64,000 nt of DNA from a virus (Duplodnaviria > Heunggongvirae > Uroviricota > Caudoviricetes). A program made the translations under genes and the position numbers. Below the pieces are notes generated by a model. The model searched no databases. It saw only the letters and a list, made by a program, of their open reading frames with translations, and was not told the DNA's origin. Each line of letters starts with the position of its first letter. Position 1 is the stretch's first letter. Below are positions 1-10,329 of the stretch, piece by piece. The DNA lies in the IMG/VR virus record IMGVR_UViG_3300031133_000383, positions 122,635-186,634 of that record; one strand, given 5' to 3'.

Positions 1-28
1 TTGACAACAATGGCTTGAATGATATTCT
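1..28 (+). promoter_or_regulatory. sigma70-type promoter
   Basis: TTGACA(1-6)-N16-TATTCT(23-28), upstream of GGAG SD and ATG 52. Confidence 0.55.
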
Positions 29-51
29 TCTACTATTGGAGATTATCATTT

Positions 52-504
52 ATGAGAAAACGACTATTTTTGTTGGCTTTTTTTAGTTTATTGTCATTAA
101 ATAGTTTGGCAGAAGAGTTTGAAAAACCCTATATTTATCATGTGTATTCAAAAGATCAATCTTTAGATGTGACTTTTCATCGAAAATTTAATAAGCCTTA
201 TGATGTTGGGGTTATCAGTGTTTTCAATACACCAGAGTGCCCAATCGATGGCAATCATAACATGGCAAAACTAACTATAATTCCTCTAACGGCCAATGAT
301 ACAGTTATTAGCAGTCTTATTATTCTTAATGAACAAAAAACAGTAAATTCAAGAATATTTACTAGTCAAAAAAACATATGTAAGGCATTTTCTGGTGTAT
401 CATCCAATTCAGCAATTTATTTTTATATGCATTCTGATCTCAACACAGAAAATTACTTTGAACTACCCGATGGTAATGTAGTCTATATCCAGATTAATCA
501 TTGA
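52..504 (+). CDS. hypothetical exported protein
   Basis: ATG 52 preferred over 19 (GGAG SD); signal-peptide-like MRKRLFLLAFFSLLSLNSLA. Confidence 0.75.
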   Translation: MRKRLFLLAFFSLLSLNSLAEEFEKPYIYHVYSKDQSLDVTFHRKFNKPYDVGVISVFNTPECPIDGNHNMAKLTIIPLTANDTVISSLIILNEQKTVNSRIFTSQKNICKAFSGVSSNSAIYFYMHSDLNTENYFELPDGNVVYIQINH

Positions 505-1250
505 ATCAAATATTGACTGTTACAACCTTAAATGGTATAATACCGCTTATAAAATATGACTTATCGTTGAGGATGATTGTGAAACAAAAAAATTTTTTAT
601 TCCTAAAAAAAATATTTTTAAACTTATTGACTCAATTTAAGTTTGTAAATGTTGATATCAAAAAAATAAAGATTAATTTGGTATCATCTGATGAGCAGAA
701 AGACCATCTTGTGATTTGTGTAAGTGGTATGATGGTTGCACAGGTTGATTTAACATTTGTTAACCATGATATAGAAACAAATTATATATTAAAGAAAAAG
801 ATCCACAATATTAGAATAACATTGGTTAGTTCCTTAATACAAAATTATGACAATATGTTTAGTGGGTTAACAAAACAATATTTATATAATATCAGTATTG
901 ATGATGTTAACCATATCAACATTGGACTCACATTGGACTATAGATTATGTTATAGTATTCGTTCAAAAACAGACAAGCGTGAAGTACAAGATCTTCATAT
1001 ATTGATGACTCGTGATCATAATATCAAAGGAGCCTGTGGGCTAACCAACCTACCTACAAGAGATAGTGTATGTGAGCCTCTAGCATGGAATCGGGCTGCT
1101 ATTGATGAGATTGTGATTCTTTATTTAATCAATGCCAATAACCCTGAGCTTTATAATGCTTTATTTCCAACCTTTGATATAAATCTCGATTTGAATGACA
1201 TTGTTGATCTTTTAAACTGCTTGAAAACTCTAGAGATGGCATCTTACTGA
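501..1250 (+). CDS. hypothetical protein, C-terminal MxxPhi motif family
   Basis: 249 aa, TTG start overlapping upstream stop; ends LKTLEMASY. Confidence 0.75.
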   Translation: MNQILTVTTLNGIIPLIKYDLSLRMIVKQKNFLFLKKIFLNLLTQFKFVNVDIKKIKINLVSSDEQKDHLVICVSGMMVAQVDLTFVNHDIETNYILKKKIHNIRITLVSSLIQNYDNMFSGLTKQYLYNISIDDVNHINIGLTLDYRLCYSIRSKTDKREVQDLHILMTRDHNIKGACGLTNLPTRDSVCEPLAWNRAAIDEIVILYLINANNPELYNALFPTFDINLDLNDIVDLLNCLKTLEMASY

Positions 1251-1396
1251 TTATTTGATACTATTTGTCCATTGATTTAAACCGCATATCAAAAGATACT
1301 TGAAATTATTGTTTTATTCATTAAATATTATTTAAATACATTTGAATTTTTTATTTTTAAATATACAATGAATATTTAATTATGAAGGAGTTTCAA

Positions 1397-1747
1397 ATGT
1401 TTACTAAATTATTCTTAGGTCTTTCACTTCTCACCTGCTCAGCCATTTCGTATGCAGAAGAAATACAAGAAGATCCCATTCAGACTGAGCTTCGAGATCC
1501 CACAGATAAATGCTATTTTAATGCCGATCAGTTTAATTTTAATGGTATATTTGTTGACCATGATCAATCAACTAGCTATGTGTATGGTAGCAATATTATT
1601 TATTACAACCATAAGGGTGAAGCCAAAGAGCCTGATAGTATGTATAAAGGCGATCTAAAAGAGTCTGATGAAGATGGCGACACTTATGAAATATGCATAA
1701 AGAAAAATGCTAATGTATATAAGCTGGAAGAAACTCATAATAAATAA
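1397..1747 (+). CDS. hypothetical exported protein
   Basis: AAGGAG SD before ATG 1397; signal peptide ending SYA; acidic mature part. Confidence 0.75.
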   Translation: MFTKLFLGLSLLTCSAISYAEEIQEDPIQTELRDPTDKCYFNADQFNFNGIFVDHDQSTSYVYGSNIIYYNHKGEAKEPDSMYKGDLKESDEDGDTYEICIKKNANVYKLEETHNK

Positions 1748-1769
1748 AAGCCTTTCGACAGGCTTTTTT
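1746..1769 (+). terminator. intrinsic terminator
   Basis: AAAGCCT-ttcgac-AGGCTTT followed by T run, right after stop. Confidence 0.75.
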
Positions 1770-1842
1770 GTTTATAATTTGATTAATTATTTTATTTTTT
1801 ATTCATCATGTGTTACTATCTTATAATATTTTGAGAGTGATT

Positions 1843-2589
1843 ATGTATAATAGAACTATTGGACTAGATAAATTCTATACGGCTGATTTAAATGCCGTTA
1901 TGATTGATTCCTATAACGAAGCAGATGAATTAATAAAACTTAAAAAAATAATTTACTCTAGAAAAAAAGCATTTATACTTTCTGAAAATTACCTTTATCT
2001 TTTAGAGAAATTAGGTTTTACTATTTACACACCTATAGAGAGCGGTAGCGAACTAGATTTAGGTTGTGTTATCAAATTTTTAGATAGTAATAAAATCAGT
2101 ATCAATTATACACATCATTATCAGTTAAAAGGAGAAAAATCTGTCGATCTATTTTTAGACCAGTTCTTTTTTGATAAATCAATAGGAATTCAATTTTATT
2201 ATTTGACTGTTAAGAGTTTTAGTAATTCTTTACATGATCTTGATAGACAGAAATGGCCTTTCTTGATTAAGTTTGAATACAAAGGAGATGTTACTGTAGA
2301 ATTTAAACGTATAGAAAACGGTAGCGAAAAGATAGTGTACAACTATTATAATACAGGTAATACTTTTAAAAGTTATCAAATGACAAATGATTTTTTTATT
2401 TCAGAAATACATTTTTATAAACATCAAGTAAAACAACTCTATTTTAACTGGGATGGCAAAAGTTATTCGTTCTTTGAAATTTGTCAATATTTACCTTACC
2501 TTCAAGATATTGGACAAGATAAAATTGCTAAAGGCAAGTATATAATATCAAAAGATGAAATAACACTAATGAGAATGAATCAATATTAA
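1843..2589 (+). CDS. hypothetical protein, C-terminal MxxPhi motif family
   Basis: ORF (track start 1810; ATG 1843 has GAGAG SD); ends EITLMRMNQY. Confidence 0.75.
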   Translation: MYNRTIGLDKFYTADLNAVMIDSYNEADELIKLKKIIYSRKKAFILSENYLYLLEKLGFTIYTPIESGSELDLGCVIKFLDSNKISINYTHHYQLKGEKSVDLFLDQFFFDKSIGIQFYYLTVKSFSNSLHDLDRQKWPFLIKFEYKGDVTVEFKRIENGSEKIVYNYYNTGNTFKSYQMTNDFFISEIHFYKHQVKQLYFNWDGKSYSFFEICQYLPYLQDIGQDKIAKGKYIISKDEITLMRMNQY

Positions 2590-3551
2590 ATTTCGAGCAT
2601 TTTTAATACTAGTAATGTATTTTCAAATTTTTCTTTGTTTGATATATCGAGTGATAAGTTATAATTTTTTTCAATTCTCTCTTTTATTGTATCGAAAAAC
2701 TGACTTCTAATAAAACCATCTTTTTCTTTTATAAAAATATTTTTTTCAAAACATAATAGGTCACTTCTATTAGAGCCTATGTTTTCATATTTTTTCATCA
2801 TAAACATAAATTTTATTTTCTTTTTGTTTGTTTTTAGATTAATTCTTTTATCGACAATTAATTTAATAATAAAATCTTTCTTTAATGAGTAAGATACAAT
2901 TTTGTCATTTATCAAATAATCAACCAATGTCATTTGATAAGTAAACGTTTCAATTAATTCTTTAATGATCTGACTATTCTTGTATTCGTTGAAAATATAA
3001 TATTTATTGTTTTTGAAAAAAACAGAAATTTCATTTTTAATTTGTAGGATATCTTTTTCTTGCTTGAATTGTATATAATCAGTTGCACCTGTTGCTAAAT
3101 AAATAATATTGACTTTTATATTAAAGTAACCATTTGAATAAGTTCTTTTAAATCTGTACTCACCTATTTGTGCATCAAATATAAGTGTCTTATTCCATGA
3201 TTGCTCCTGTTTTTCTTGTAGAAAATATGTTTTTATAATGGTCAACTCATTCGAATCAAAAAGTACCTTGTCTGATTCATCATCCTTGAAAAAATACCAG
3301 CCTTCATTATGATTAAGTTTAAAACTCAATACAGCGTATTTTTCTCTATTTGCTTCATATTTTAAAAAAGCTAGTTTAAATTTTTGACAGGCAAGATAAG
3401 TTGGATATATATCTGGACAGCAATATTTAAATGTATTTTCATTAATTTTTAATACTCTGGTATTGTTTTCGTCAGGTATTGCAAAGATTCCATTATTAAT
3501 AAAATCTAAATGCATATTCTTGTCCAGATAATGCCTATTGATTAAATTCAA
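2586..3551 (-). CDS. hypothetical protein, C-terminal MxxPhi motif family
   Basis: 321 aa, AGGAG SD; ends TLLVLKMLEI. Confidence 0.8.
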   Translation of the reverse strand: MNLINRHYLDKNMHLDFINNGIFAIPDENNTRVLKINENTFKYCCPDIYPTYLACQKFKLAFLKYEANREKYAVLSFKLNHNEGWYFFKDDESDKVLFDSNELTIIKTYFLQEKQEQSWNKTLIFDAQIGEYRFKRTYSNGYFNIKVNIIYLATGATDYIQFKQEKDILQIKNEISVFFKNNKYYIFNEYKNSQIIKELIETFTYQMTLVDYLINDKIVSYSLKKDFIIKLIVDKRINLKTNKKKIKFMFMMKKYENIGSNRSDLLCFEKNIFIKEKDGFIRSQFFDTIKERIEKNYNLSLDISNKEKFENTLLVLKMLEI

Positions 3552-3681
3552 CTATTTTCTCCTTATACACTAAACATCTATACATAATATTTTCTTTTAT
3601 TTTTTTTAAAAATCAATATTCAATTGGTTTTTATTTATTTTCTTGTTATAATCCAGCATTAATTATTTAGGAGATTAACTA

Positions 3682-5208
3682 ATGTCTAAAATTACAACAG
3701 ATGATTGTAAAAATTTTTTGATGGAACATTATCCTGATTCTGGTAAATCTAAATGGAAACGAGTCAGTAAGTATAAAGATGATGTGGGATTGTGGTGCCG
3801 TGAATTCAATCATCCATCCGTAGGTGATATTACTATTATTGAAAATAATGGAACTTTGTCTTTGAAACAGACGGCTGTGCCAAATCCTATTGACATCAAA
3901 AACAATACAATTATTTTTCGTCAGTTTTCTAAAAAGGATAATACTGATGCAAAACGTTTGATTAAACGTTATATTGGTACTATTTATGGTGAAAATGAAG
4001 AAGATGAAGAAGAAGAAGAATTTATTCCACAGTCTACTCAAAAAGGATATGAAGCAATACCTAATCAAATCAACTACTTTTTTACCTTGTTGGATGAAGA
4101 GTATGAAGACCAAATGAAAAGGATTAATGAAAATAAAGACTATAATGCAAAATTAAACACATTCATACTTTATATTTATCCTAATCAAGAAGAAAATTAT
4201 GATCAGCATATCGGACCTTTGTTGGAAAATTTTTTGGGACCGCAGTTTAGCGAAGATACAGAATGCATTTTTTCTACTTCATTTGATGAGCCGATGTCAA
4301 TTAAAGACTTTGTACAGATGATGTCCAGTAAAGGATTTGTTTATGCATTTCTTGATTCTACTAATCCACAAGATAATGAGACTTGTTTATTAGCTGATAC
4401 CGTTAGGTCACTTGATTTTGTAACAGTTAAAGAAAGTACTATTGTCAAATCAGATGCTGATCTTCCAAAACTTTTTAAAGAATCGGTTGAAAGAGATGAT
4501 GTTGTTTGTTTGAAAGATTTGCTACGTCAAGGACTACCATTGGATACTTTGATTAATCGTATATCCCTACATTCTTATTGTATTGTTAATGACGCTCCAA
4601 ACTGTTTTAAACTTTTAGTCAATAATACACCTAACTTAGCAAAAGGAACTTTACGAGCAACAAATACCGTATGGTCTGATATGATAAATTTTGGACAGCA
4701 ACCTAGTAATTTTAACTATACTGAATATGTCTTTGAGCATGGTAATTTTGATTTTAGAGACGAAAATTATAATTTTAATCTAGACTTTTTGGAACTTATT
4801 ATTTCTCAGCAGTATTTGTTTGAGAAATTTAAATCAAAAAGTAATGATATTTATAGAGCGTTGGCTTGTTTATATTTTTGTATTCAAAACGAAAATATTT
4901 ATAATGTCTCATATATTGCGGAAGAAGCTGACAAAGCAATTGATCAGTATCCAGAAGTTGTAGGTGATTTAATTGATATTTCAATCGCATTTGGTAATAA
5001 TGCTATCAATATTTCTGATACATTGATGCAGAAACTTATTGACTCTGACAGGTTGAAAATTTCAGGTATTCGTTTTGAAGATTATATTATCAGAAGTTTA
5101 GATATTATTAAAAATAATAGACATCATCTTTCTGATTCTGACAAGCATTCTGGTATTCAGTTTTATACAAGCATATTGAAACGTATTCAAGATAAGTCTA
5201 AAATTTAG
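3682..5208 (+). CDS. hypothetical protein with acidic tract and possible ankyrin-like helical repeats
   Basis: 508 aa, AGGAG SD; EEDEEEEE tract; DDVVCLKDLLRQG / NDAPNCFKLLVNN resemble ankyrin helices (weak). Confidence 0.75.
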   Translation: MSKITTDDCKNFLMEHYPDSGKSKWKRVSKYKDDVGLWCREFNHPSVGDITIIENNGTLSLKQTAVPNPIDIKNNTIIFRQFSKKDNTDAKRLIKRYIGTIYGENEEDEEEEEFIPQSTQKGYEAIPNQINYFFTLLDEEYEDQMKRINENKDYNAKLNTFILYIYPNQEENYDQHIGPLLENFLGPQFSEDTECIFSTSFDEPMSIKDFVQMMSSKGFVYAFLDSTNPQDNETCLLADTVRSLDFVTVKESTIVKSDADLPKLFKESVERDDVVCLKDLLRQGLPLDTLINRISLHSYCIVNDAPNCFKLLVNNTPNLAKGTLRATNTVWSDMINFGQQPSNFNYTEYVFEHGNFDFRDENYNFNLDFLELIISQQYLFEKFKSKSNDIYRALACLYFCIQNENIYNVSYIAEEADKAIDQYPEVVGDLIDISIAFGNNAINISDTLMQKLIDSDRLKISGIRFEDYIIRSLDIIKNNRHHLSDSDKHSGIQFYTSILKRIQDKSKI

Positions 5209-6248
5209 TATTTGAGGCTTGATTTCAATTTTTGTTTAGAGTCAATAATCGGGCTTGCCGTTTTGATAGCAAGCTCTTTTTTGTCTTCATGTTTTTGTTT
5301 TATTGCCAATAACGCTTGTAGAGTATAAGCGGCATCATTTCCACTGTTGTGTAAATGAATGAAATCTATGTTGTTATATTTCAATACTTCCATAAGTGAC
5401 ATCTTTTTTTCAGGGATTGCTTTATCAGCAATCAATTGTAAATTATATTGCATCTCTAGTGTATCTAAAACTTGGAAGGTTGTATTTTCGAATTTGAAAC
5501 CACTATTTTGTAATATTGTCATATCAATAGCAAGATCATGGAAAAGCAAATAGTCTGCATCTTTTAAATGGTTTTTTAAAATAGTATTAATTTTTTCCGT
5601 CTGAATATATTGTGTTTGGCCGAATTGAAACTTATTTTGTAAATTTTTTGAGTTTTTAGATTTTATACGGTGCATATCTTCAAAAACATAATGTTCATAA
5701 TAAGTTTTGTCATTATCTTGAATTGCAATTCCTATTTCTGAACATGATTGTAGAGTATAGGGTTTTTTTTCAACAAAATATTCAAAATCAACGGACACTA
5801 TCTTTTTATTCTTTAAAACAACATCCAAATTTCCTTTATTGAGAGCACATTCTTTACTACCGGGATGAGCCTTCTTTTTCATTTCTTTTCTTTCTGCAAA
5901 TTTTTCGACCATTGAGGGTGATTTATTATGAGTAATAAGACAATCAATATACGTTTTATAAGAACTGCAGTGCATTACTTTTATTGAATCATTTAATGGA
6001 ATGCTATCTACTGTGCTAATATCAAAGGTTGTCTTAAATTTTAAAGTAGCCAATAACATTAACTTTTCTGTTTCATTTTCATCAATAAATGTAGTATTTT
6101 TTTTGTTCTTAAATAGATATACATTTTTGACGGAATTAGTATCATAAAGGCCCGCAGGACTAAAAAAACTTTCTACTTCCTTTTTTGATAATTCAGGATA
6201 GTTATTTTTAATATGATTTTTTAAGTTTGATATATAATATAATTTCAT
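5205..6248 (-). CDS. DEDDh 3'-5' exonuclease (Gfd2/YDR514C-like), paralog 1
   Basis: Exo I VDFEY, Exo II HDLAID, Exo III HNSGNDAAYT. Confidence 0.8.
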   Translation of the reverse strand: MKLYYISNLKNHIKNNYPELSKKEVESFFSPAGLYDTNSVKNVYLFKNKKNTTFIDENETEKLMLLATLKFKTTFDISTVDSIPLNDSIKVMHCSSYKTYIDCLITHNKSPSMVEKFAERKEMKKKAHPGSKECALNKGNLDVVLKNKKIVSVDFEYFVEKKPYTLQSCSEIGIAIQDNDKTYYEHYVFEDMHRIKSKNSKNLQNKFQFGQTQYIQTEKINTILKNHLKDADYLLFHDLAIDMTILQNSGFKFENTTFQVLDTLEMQYNLQLIADKAIPEKKMSLMEVLKYNNIDFIHLHNSGNDAAYTLQALLAIKQKHEDKKELAIKTASPIIDSKQKLKSSLKY

Positions 6249-6304
6249 TTTGAATCTCAGTGTATAGTTATATTATAGCAAATATTCAACAAAAATAAAA
6301 TATA

Positions 6305-6331
6305 TAAAAAATCCGCACTAGGCGGATTCTT
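6305..6331 (-). terminator. intrinsic terminator
   Basis: minus strand ATCCGC-ctagt-GCGGAT-TTTTT at stop of 6318-6944. Confidence 0.7.
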
Positions 6332-6944
6332 TATACTGAGTTTTACGGTATTTTTTCCAGCTTTTTATACGGTAATCACTTCTGACACGATCATCCCGAG
6401 TAGTAGGAATATGACCAGCCGTACGTTTAGCCCTGACAGGCACTTCATTTTCATCCAAAAATTCAGCTGCAGTTCTCAATGCAGCGAATGTCTTAGGATG
6501 ACGCCAAAACGAACCATAAGATCTGAATTTACCAGTACCGGGAACAGGACCTTCCCCATTCCATGTATCAAGAGAGCGGCGTATGTAACGACGATCATCC
6601 CATTCTTTTCTTTGTTTAATCGCCAATTCAGCGAATTCTATGATGGTCAAATTTTCACCATATTCATTACGCAAAACAAAATCAGAATATCTTTTCAAAA
6701 AACCATCACCACAAATATCTGCATAGGCTTTTTGGTTAGTTTTACCAGCAATACCAGATGGCTTATTGCCAAAAAAAACTCTTTCACAACTACTTTGATA
6801 CAATCTACGGTTAGGAATGTCAAATTCAAAACCAATACTGTTTTTAATAAAAGAAAAACCCAGTTTTTTGAAAGCAGCTTCTTTGCTTTCATAGGTTTCG
6901 ACAATGCCAGCTTTAGAACACAAGTAAATAACTTCTCTTTTCAT
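6318..6944 (-). CDS. basic hypothetical protein (GPVPGTG...R.PKT...SWK..RK.Q type), paralog of 16322
   Basis: 208 aa, GGAG SD; Arg/Lys-rich C-terminal half ending SWKKYRKTQYKESA. Confidence 0.8.
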   Translation of the reverse strand: MKREVIYLCSKAGIVETYESKEAAFKKLGFSFIKNSIGFEFDIPNRRLYQSSCERVFFGNKPSGIAGKTNQKAYADICGDGFLKRYSDFVLRNEYGENLTIIEFAELAIKQRKEWDDRRYIRRSLDTWNGEGPVPGTGKFRSYGSFWRHPKTFAALRTAAEFLDENEVPVRAKRTAGHIPTTRDDRVRSDYRIKSWKKYRKTQYKESA

Positions 6945-6965
6945 ATAGACTCCAATTAAATTAAT

Positions 6966-7010
6966 TTAATTTTTGTCAATGATTACCTTTTCAGCATATT
7001 TAAAATGCAT
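6966..7010 (-). CDS. putative 14-aa leader peptide MHFKYAEKVIIDKN
   Basis: AAGGAG SD 8 nt before ATG, directly after a consensus promoter; not in ORF track (too short). Confidence 0.6.
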   Translation of the reverse strand: MHFKYAEKVIIDKN

Positions 7011-7035
7011 GATATTGTCTCCTTCTGTAGTGAAC

Positions 7036-7064
7036 ATTATACTTGATACCAAAACCAATATCAA
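7036..7064 (-). promoter_or_regulatory. sigma70 promoter overlapped by an 8-bp inverted repeat
   Basis: minus strand TTGATA-N17-TATAAT; ACTTGATA(7041-48)/TATCAAGT(7059-66). Confidence 0.7.
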
Positions 7065-7132
7065 GTTTTTTCTTATCTTGCATTTTCTATCAATAATTGT
7101 TATATTATTATATAAAACAAGGGAACTTTGTT

Positions 7133-7729
7133 ATGTTAAAATATACATTGGCATTATTATTAAGCCTGAACTCATTCTGCGTATTTGCTAATATTGAAGA
7201 CGAAAAACCTATTTTAAAGCCTAATGTTGAATTACTTGAAACAGACCAAGATCCAGTAGAAGTGTTGGCCTTGAATTCGTCCACATCTATTGTTAGTTTG
7301 CCTTCATCTTTAAAGGCAACCGCTATTGGCTATAACTTTGATTCAAATACAAGTACATTTTCTCAACGTTCTCGTACAGCTTTGGATACTTTTGAAATAA
7401 CGTGTCTGGTAAAACAAGAAACCTTCAAAAGTCAGCCTCAAAGCATAAGCTGTATAACAGAGAATGATGATAACTCTATAAATTTGATTGATGGTACTAA
7501 ATTAATAGCCAGCTTTAAGCCTGCATCTGACATAGATATGGTAGAACTAAATCCCGGCGTCAAACTGGCATCCTTCAATTTTGATATGGATGGTGTTCAA
7601 AAAACGACAACGACTACAAAAATAATGTTGAATACTGATAAGCCACAGATATATGCTATTTTCAGATTTTCTAACAAAGGCAATTCGTGGTCTGGCAAAC
7701 GCTTATTGTTTATAAGAGAACATCGTTGA
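7133..7729 (+). CDS. hypothetical exported protein
   Basis: ATG 7133 after AGGGA; signal peptide ending VFA. Confidence 0.75.
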   Translation: MLKYTLALLLSLNSFCVFANIEDEKPILKPNVELLETDQDPVEVLALNSSTSIVSLPSSLKATAIGYNFDSNTSTFSQRSRTALDTFEITCLVKQETFKSQPQSISCITENDDNSINLIDGTKLIASFKPASDIDMVELNPGVKLASFNFDMDGVQKTTTTTKIMLNTDKPQIYAIFRFSNKGNSWSGKRLLFIREHR

Positions 7730-7835
7730 ATTTATTGGCTTTAAAGTTTTCTGATACCATTTATATTACTTGGTAATGTTGTTTGTCAAATTGTTTTATG
7801 ATATAATAGTTCCTCTGAAACCGTTGGAGCTTTAA

Positions 7836-8726
7836 ATGCAACTACATCACTTATACAAACAGTATGGACAGGATCTTTTTTCATCTAGAGAATTCCAGCA
7901 TATTTGGGATAAAGGAATTGCATTTAGAATTTGCAATAATCGCATTGCAGTCGAAAAAGAAAGTCGAAATTCTAAAGACACCCATAGACGTAATGTTATT
8001 CATTCCAAGCTTCAAGAAACATTCAATTTTGAAACAATAAATAATGAAATTCATCATAAGATAATTCAACAATATTTCATAGCAATGAAAGAAATGTACA
8101 TGTCTGAAACTTTATATATTGTTGAAGACTCTTTAAATTTTGAAGTTGATAGAGTTCGTATTAATAAAAAAAACTCAATTATTGTAAGAAAACACAATGA
8201 TTTAACAAGAAATCATAAAGAGATCTTTAATGAGCGTGTTGTGTTTAATAGAGGCTTTATGGTAGATGAAGATAGTTCTTATGTTCTCTATACTGTCATA
8301 GCAAATCATGGAACTTTTGGAATTGACAATGAACACATGAAATTTTCATACTATGTCAGAAATAATAAATTCTATTTTGTTGCTCCTAAAATTTCAAAAG
8401 ATCGTTCTGCATTATTTGTTATAGATATTGATAAAGTTGAAAAGAATTTGGATATTATTTTAAATTCAATTAAAAAGAAAGTGTTTACGATGTTTTATAA
8501 AAAAGTAGCTGCATCGTTATTTGGCCAAAAATTGAGGTATTCTACACTCAGACCTGTTCACTTGTCTATTATTGATATGTTGGATAAACAACCGATTGGA
8601 CAGTTTTCATATTTTATAAAACATCAAATGGGATTTAATTTTGAAAGTAATGAAAACTTATCAGATAATGAACTATATACTGTATTTAAAAATTACCTAG
8701 CCGCATATCTAATGTTTTATATTTAA
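7836..8726 (+). CDS. hypothetical protein, C-terminal MxxPhi motif family
   Basis: 296 aa, GGAG SD; ends YLAAYLMFYI. Confidence 0.8.
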   Translation: MQLHHLYKQYGQDLFSSREFQHIWDKGIAFRICNNRIAVEKESRNSKDTHRRNVIHSKLQETFNFETINNEIHHKIIQQYFIAMKEMYMSETLYIVEDSLNFEVDRVRINKKNSIIVRKHNDLTRNHKEIFNERVVFNRGFMVDEDSSYVLYTVIANHGTFGIDNEHMKFSYYVRNNKFYFVAPKISKDRSALFVIDIDKVEKNLDIILNSIKKKVFTMFYKKVAASLFGQKLRYSTLRPVHLSIIDMLDKQPIGQFSYFIKHQMGFNFESNENLSDNELYTVFKNYLAAYLMFYI

Positions 8727-8742
8727 AAGGATTCTATATATT

Positions 8743-9501
8743 ATGATTAATGAAATAAACAACGTTCATGAGAAAAGATTAGACAATCTCTTAATGGAAT
8801 TCAATAAATTTTTGCCTTTATTGAAAATTAAAGAATTTAAATTCGCTAAGACATTAAATAAAAGCCAGCCCTTTAAAATAAAAGACAAAAATCAAAATAA
8901 AATTTATTTTAGTTCTTATTGTTATGATTTTTTAGCAGCCCTTGATGAAAATGAAATTATTGCCGATTCATTTAACAATGATTCACCCCAGTTTAATTTG
9001 TCTGCTGTTTATGATGCAATTACTGATAAGGTTGAAGTCAATTCTGTGAAATTTAGATTTATGGATTTAAATGATCCTGTGCTATTTTATTTAATTGATA
9101 GTAATAGTTTATCAATACTTAAACCACTCATCACAGAGATAAGTGAATTCATTTTAGAGAATTCTTCAATTATTGAATATCTGACAGTTCAAGTTAGTTT
9201 TAAGATTGATGGTACATTTGATAATCTCAGTCTGTTTTTTAAATATTATGAATTTAACTATAGTTCAAATAGTCATGAAAATTATTATACTAATAATATA
9301 AGCCTTTATGATAAATTATTGATCAAAGATTATGAATTAAATATAGAAAGAGATTTACGTGATTTTGCTGAAATGACTTTTTTGAGCATTTCTAACCCTG
9401 ATATGTTGGATTTTTTTTCCTGTTCTGATTGGCATGAACTCTGGAATATGTATTCAGAAAACCCAGAATCTATTAAATCTATTTTGGAAATGAATTCATG
9501 A
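8743..9501 (+). CDS. hypothetical protein, MxxPhi motif variant (Met at -3)
   Basis: 252 aa; ends SIKSILEMNS. Confidence 0.75.
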   Translation: MINEINNVHEKRLDNLLMEFNKFLPLLKIKEFKFAKTLNKSQPFKIKDKNQNKIYFSSYCYDFLAALDENEIIADSFNNDSPQFNLSAVYDAITDKVEVNSVKFRFMDLNDPVLFYLIDSNSLSILKPLITEISEFILENSSIIEYLTVQVSFKIDGTFDNLSLFFKYYEFNYSSNSHENYYTNNISLYDKLLIKDYELNIERDLRDFAEMTFLSISNPDMLDFFSCSDWHELWNMYSENPESIKSILEMNS

Positions 9502-9563
9502 TACTTGCGTATTGTAAATAAATTTTTGGTATTAATATTAAATTAGTTAAAGGTGAGTGTAAT

Positions 9564-10223
9564 ATGTTATTATTTTCTAATATTCCTATATTTATAAAAA
9601 AAAATATATATATAAGTGAATTTATTTATTTATCCGCAGCATCTTTTTTTGTTTTTGTTTACATGTCATTGAATCCTGAATCTAGCAGTCTTTTATTATA
9701 CCTTTATTTAATTGCAGGTATCTTACAAACTTTCTTTTTGTTGATAACCCTTTATCTAAAAGAATTTAATATGTATATGCATTCATTATTTAAACATGTA
9801 GCAATTTTTAATATTATGATGATAATATTTTGTATTGTAGCATCTCTTATTTTTGGAAATAAATTTGTTTTCATAGTTTTGATGTTTGGAACTGCCTTAC
9901 CCGCTTTTTTTCTGATTACAATCGTTAATTTACAATTTTTTAATAAACATGATTTTGAATTTTTGAAAGATAGGATGAATGAACATCTAGAGTACCTTAC
10001 AAAAATAAAACATTCTGATTGTGATTGGGTTTTCTATGATAAATCTAAACCTGACATATATTTTTCTCTATATCAAAATATTATTTTTTCGCCTTTTGGT
10101 ATTTATATAAAAGATAGATATATTCTTTATGTATGGTTATATCACTATATGGATGAAAATAATTTAAACTTCAATAATCTAACAGAACAAGACTACCAAG
10201 TAATTGAAATGACGAATTTTTAG
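9564..10223 (+). CDS. membrane protein (about 4 TM) with C-terminal MxxPhi motif
   Basis: hydrophobic N-terminal half; ends DYQVIEMTNF. Confidence 0.8.
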   Translation: MLLFSNIPIFIKKNIYISEFIYLSAASFFVFVYMSLNPESSSLLLYLYLIAGILQTFFLLITLYLKEFNMYMHSLFKHVAIFNIMMIIFCIVASLIFGNKFVFIVLMFGTALPAFFLITIVNLQFFNKHDFEFLKDRMNEHLEYLTKIKHSDCDWVFYDKSKPDIYFSLYQNIIFSPFGIYIKDRYILYVWLYHYMDENNLNFNNLTEQDYQVIEMTNF

Positions 10224-10329
10224 AGAGGACTTAAATAAAAAAACTAAAAGCTAATATAAAATTTCAAATAATCGTAAAAATAAATAATATTTTAAATACA
10301 AGCTACAATTTAACCGATAGAGAAATAAA

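Noticed and set aside
3679-4113. Antisense or overlapping ORFs in the track (e.g. 3679-4113, 6411-6959, 11396-11677, 20082-20318, 28174-28476, 37406-37678, 38939-39463, 39660-40037, 40991-41254)
   Set aside because: They shadow better-supported genes, lack an SD and recognisable motifs, and are expected by chance opposite real coding sequence.
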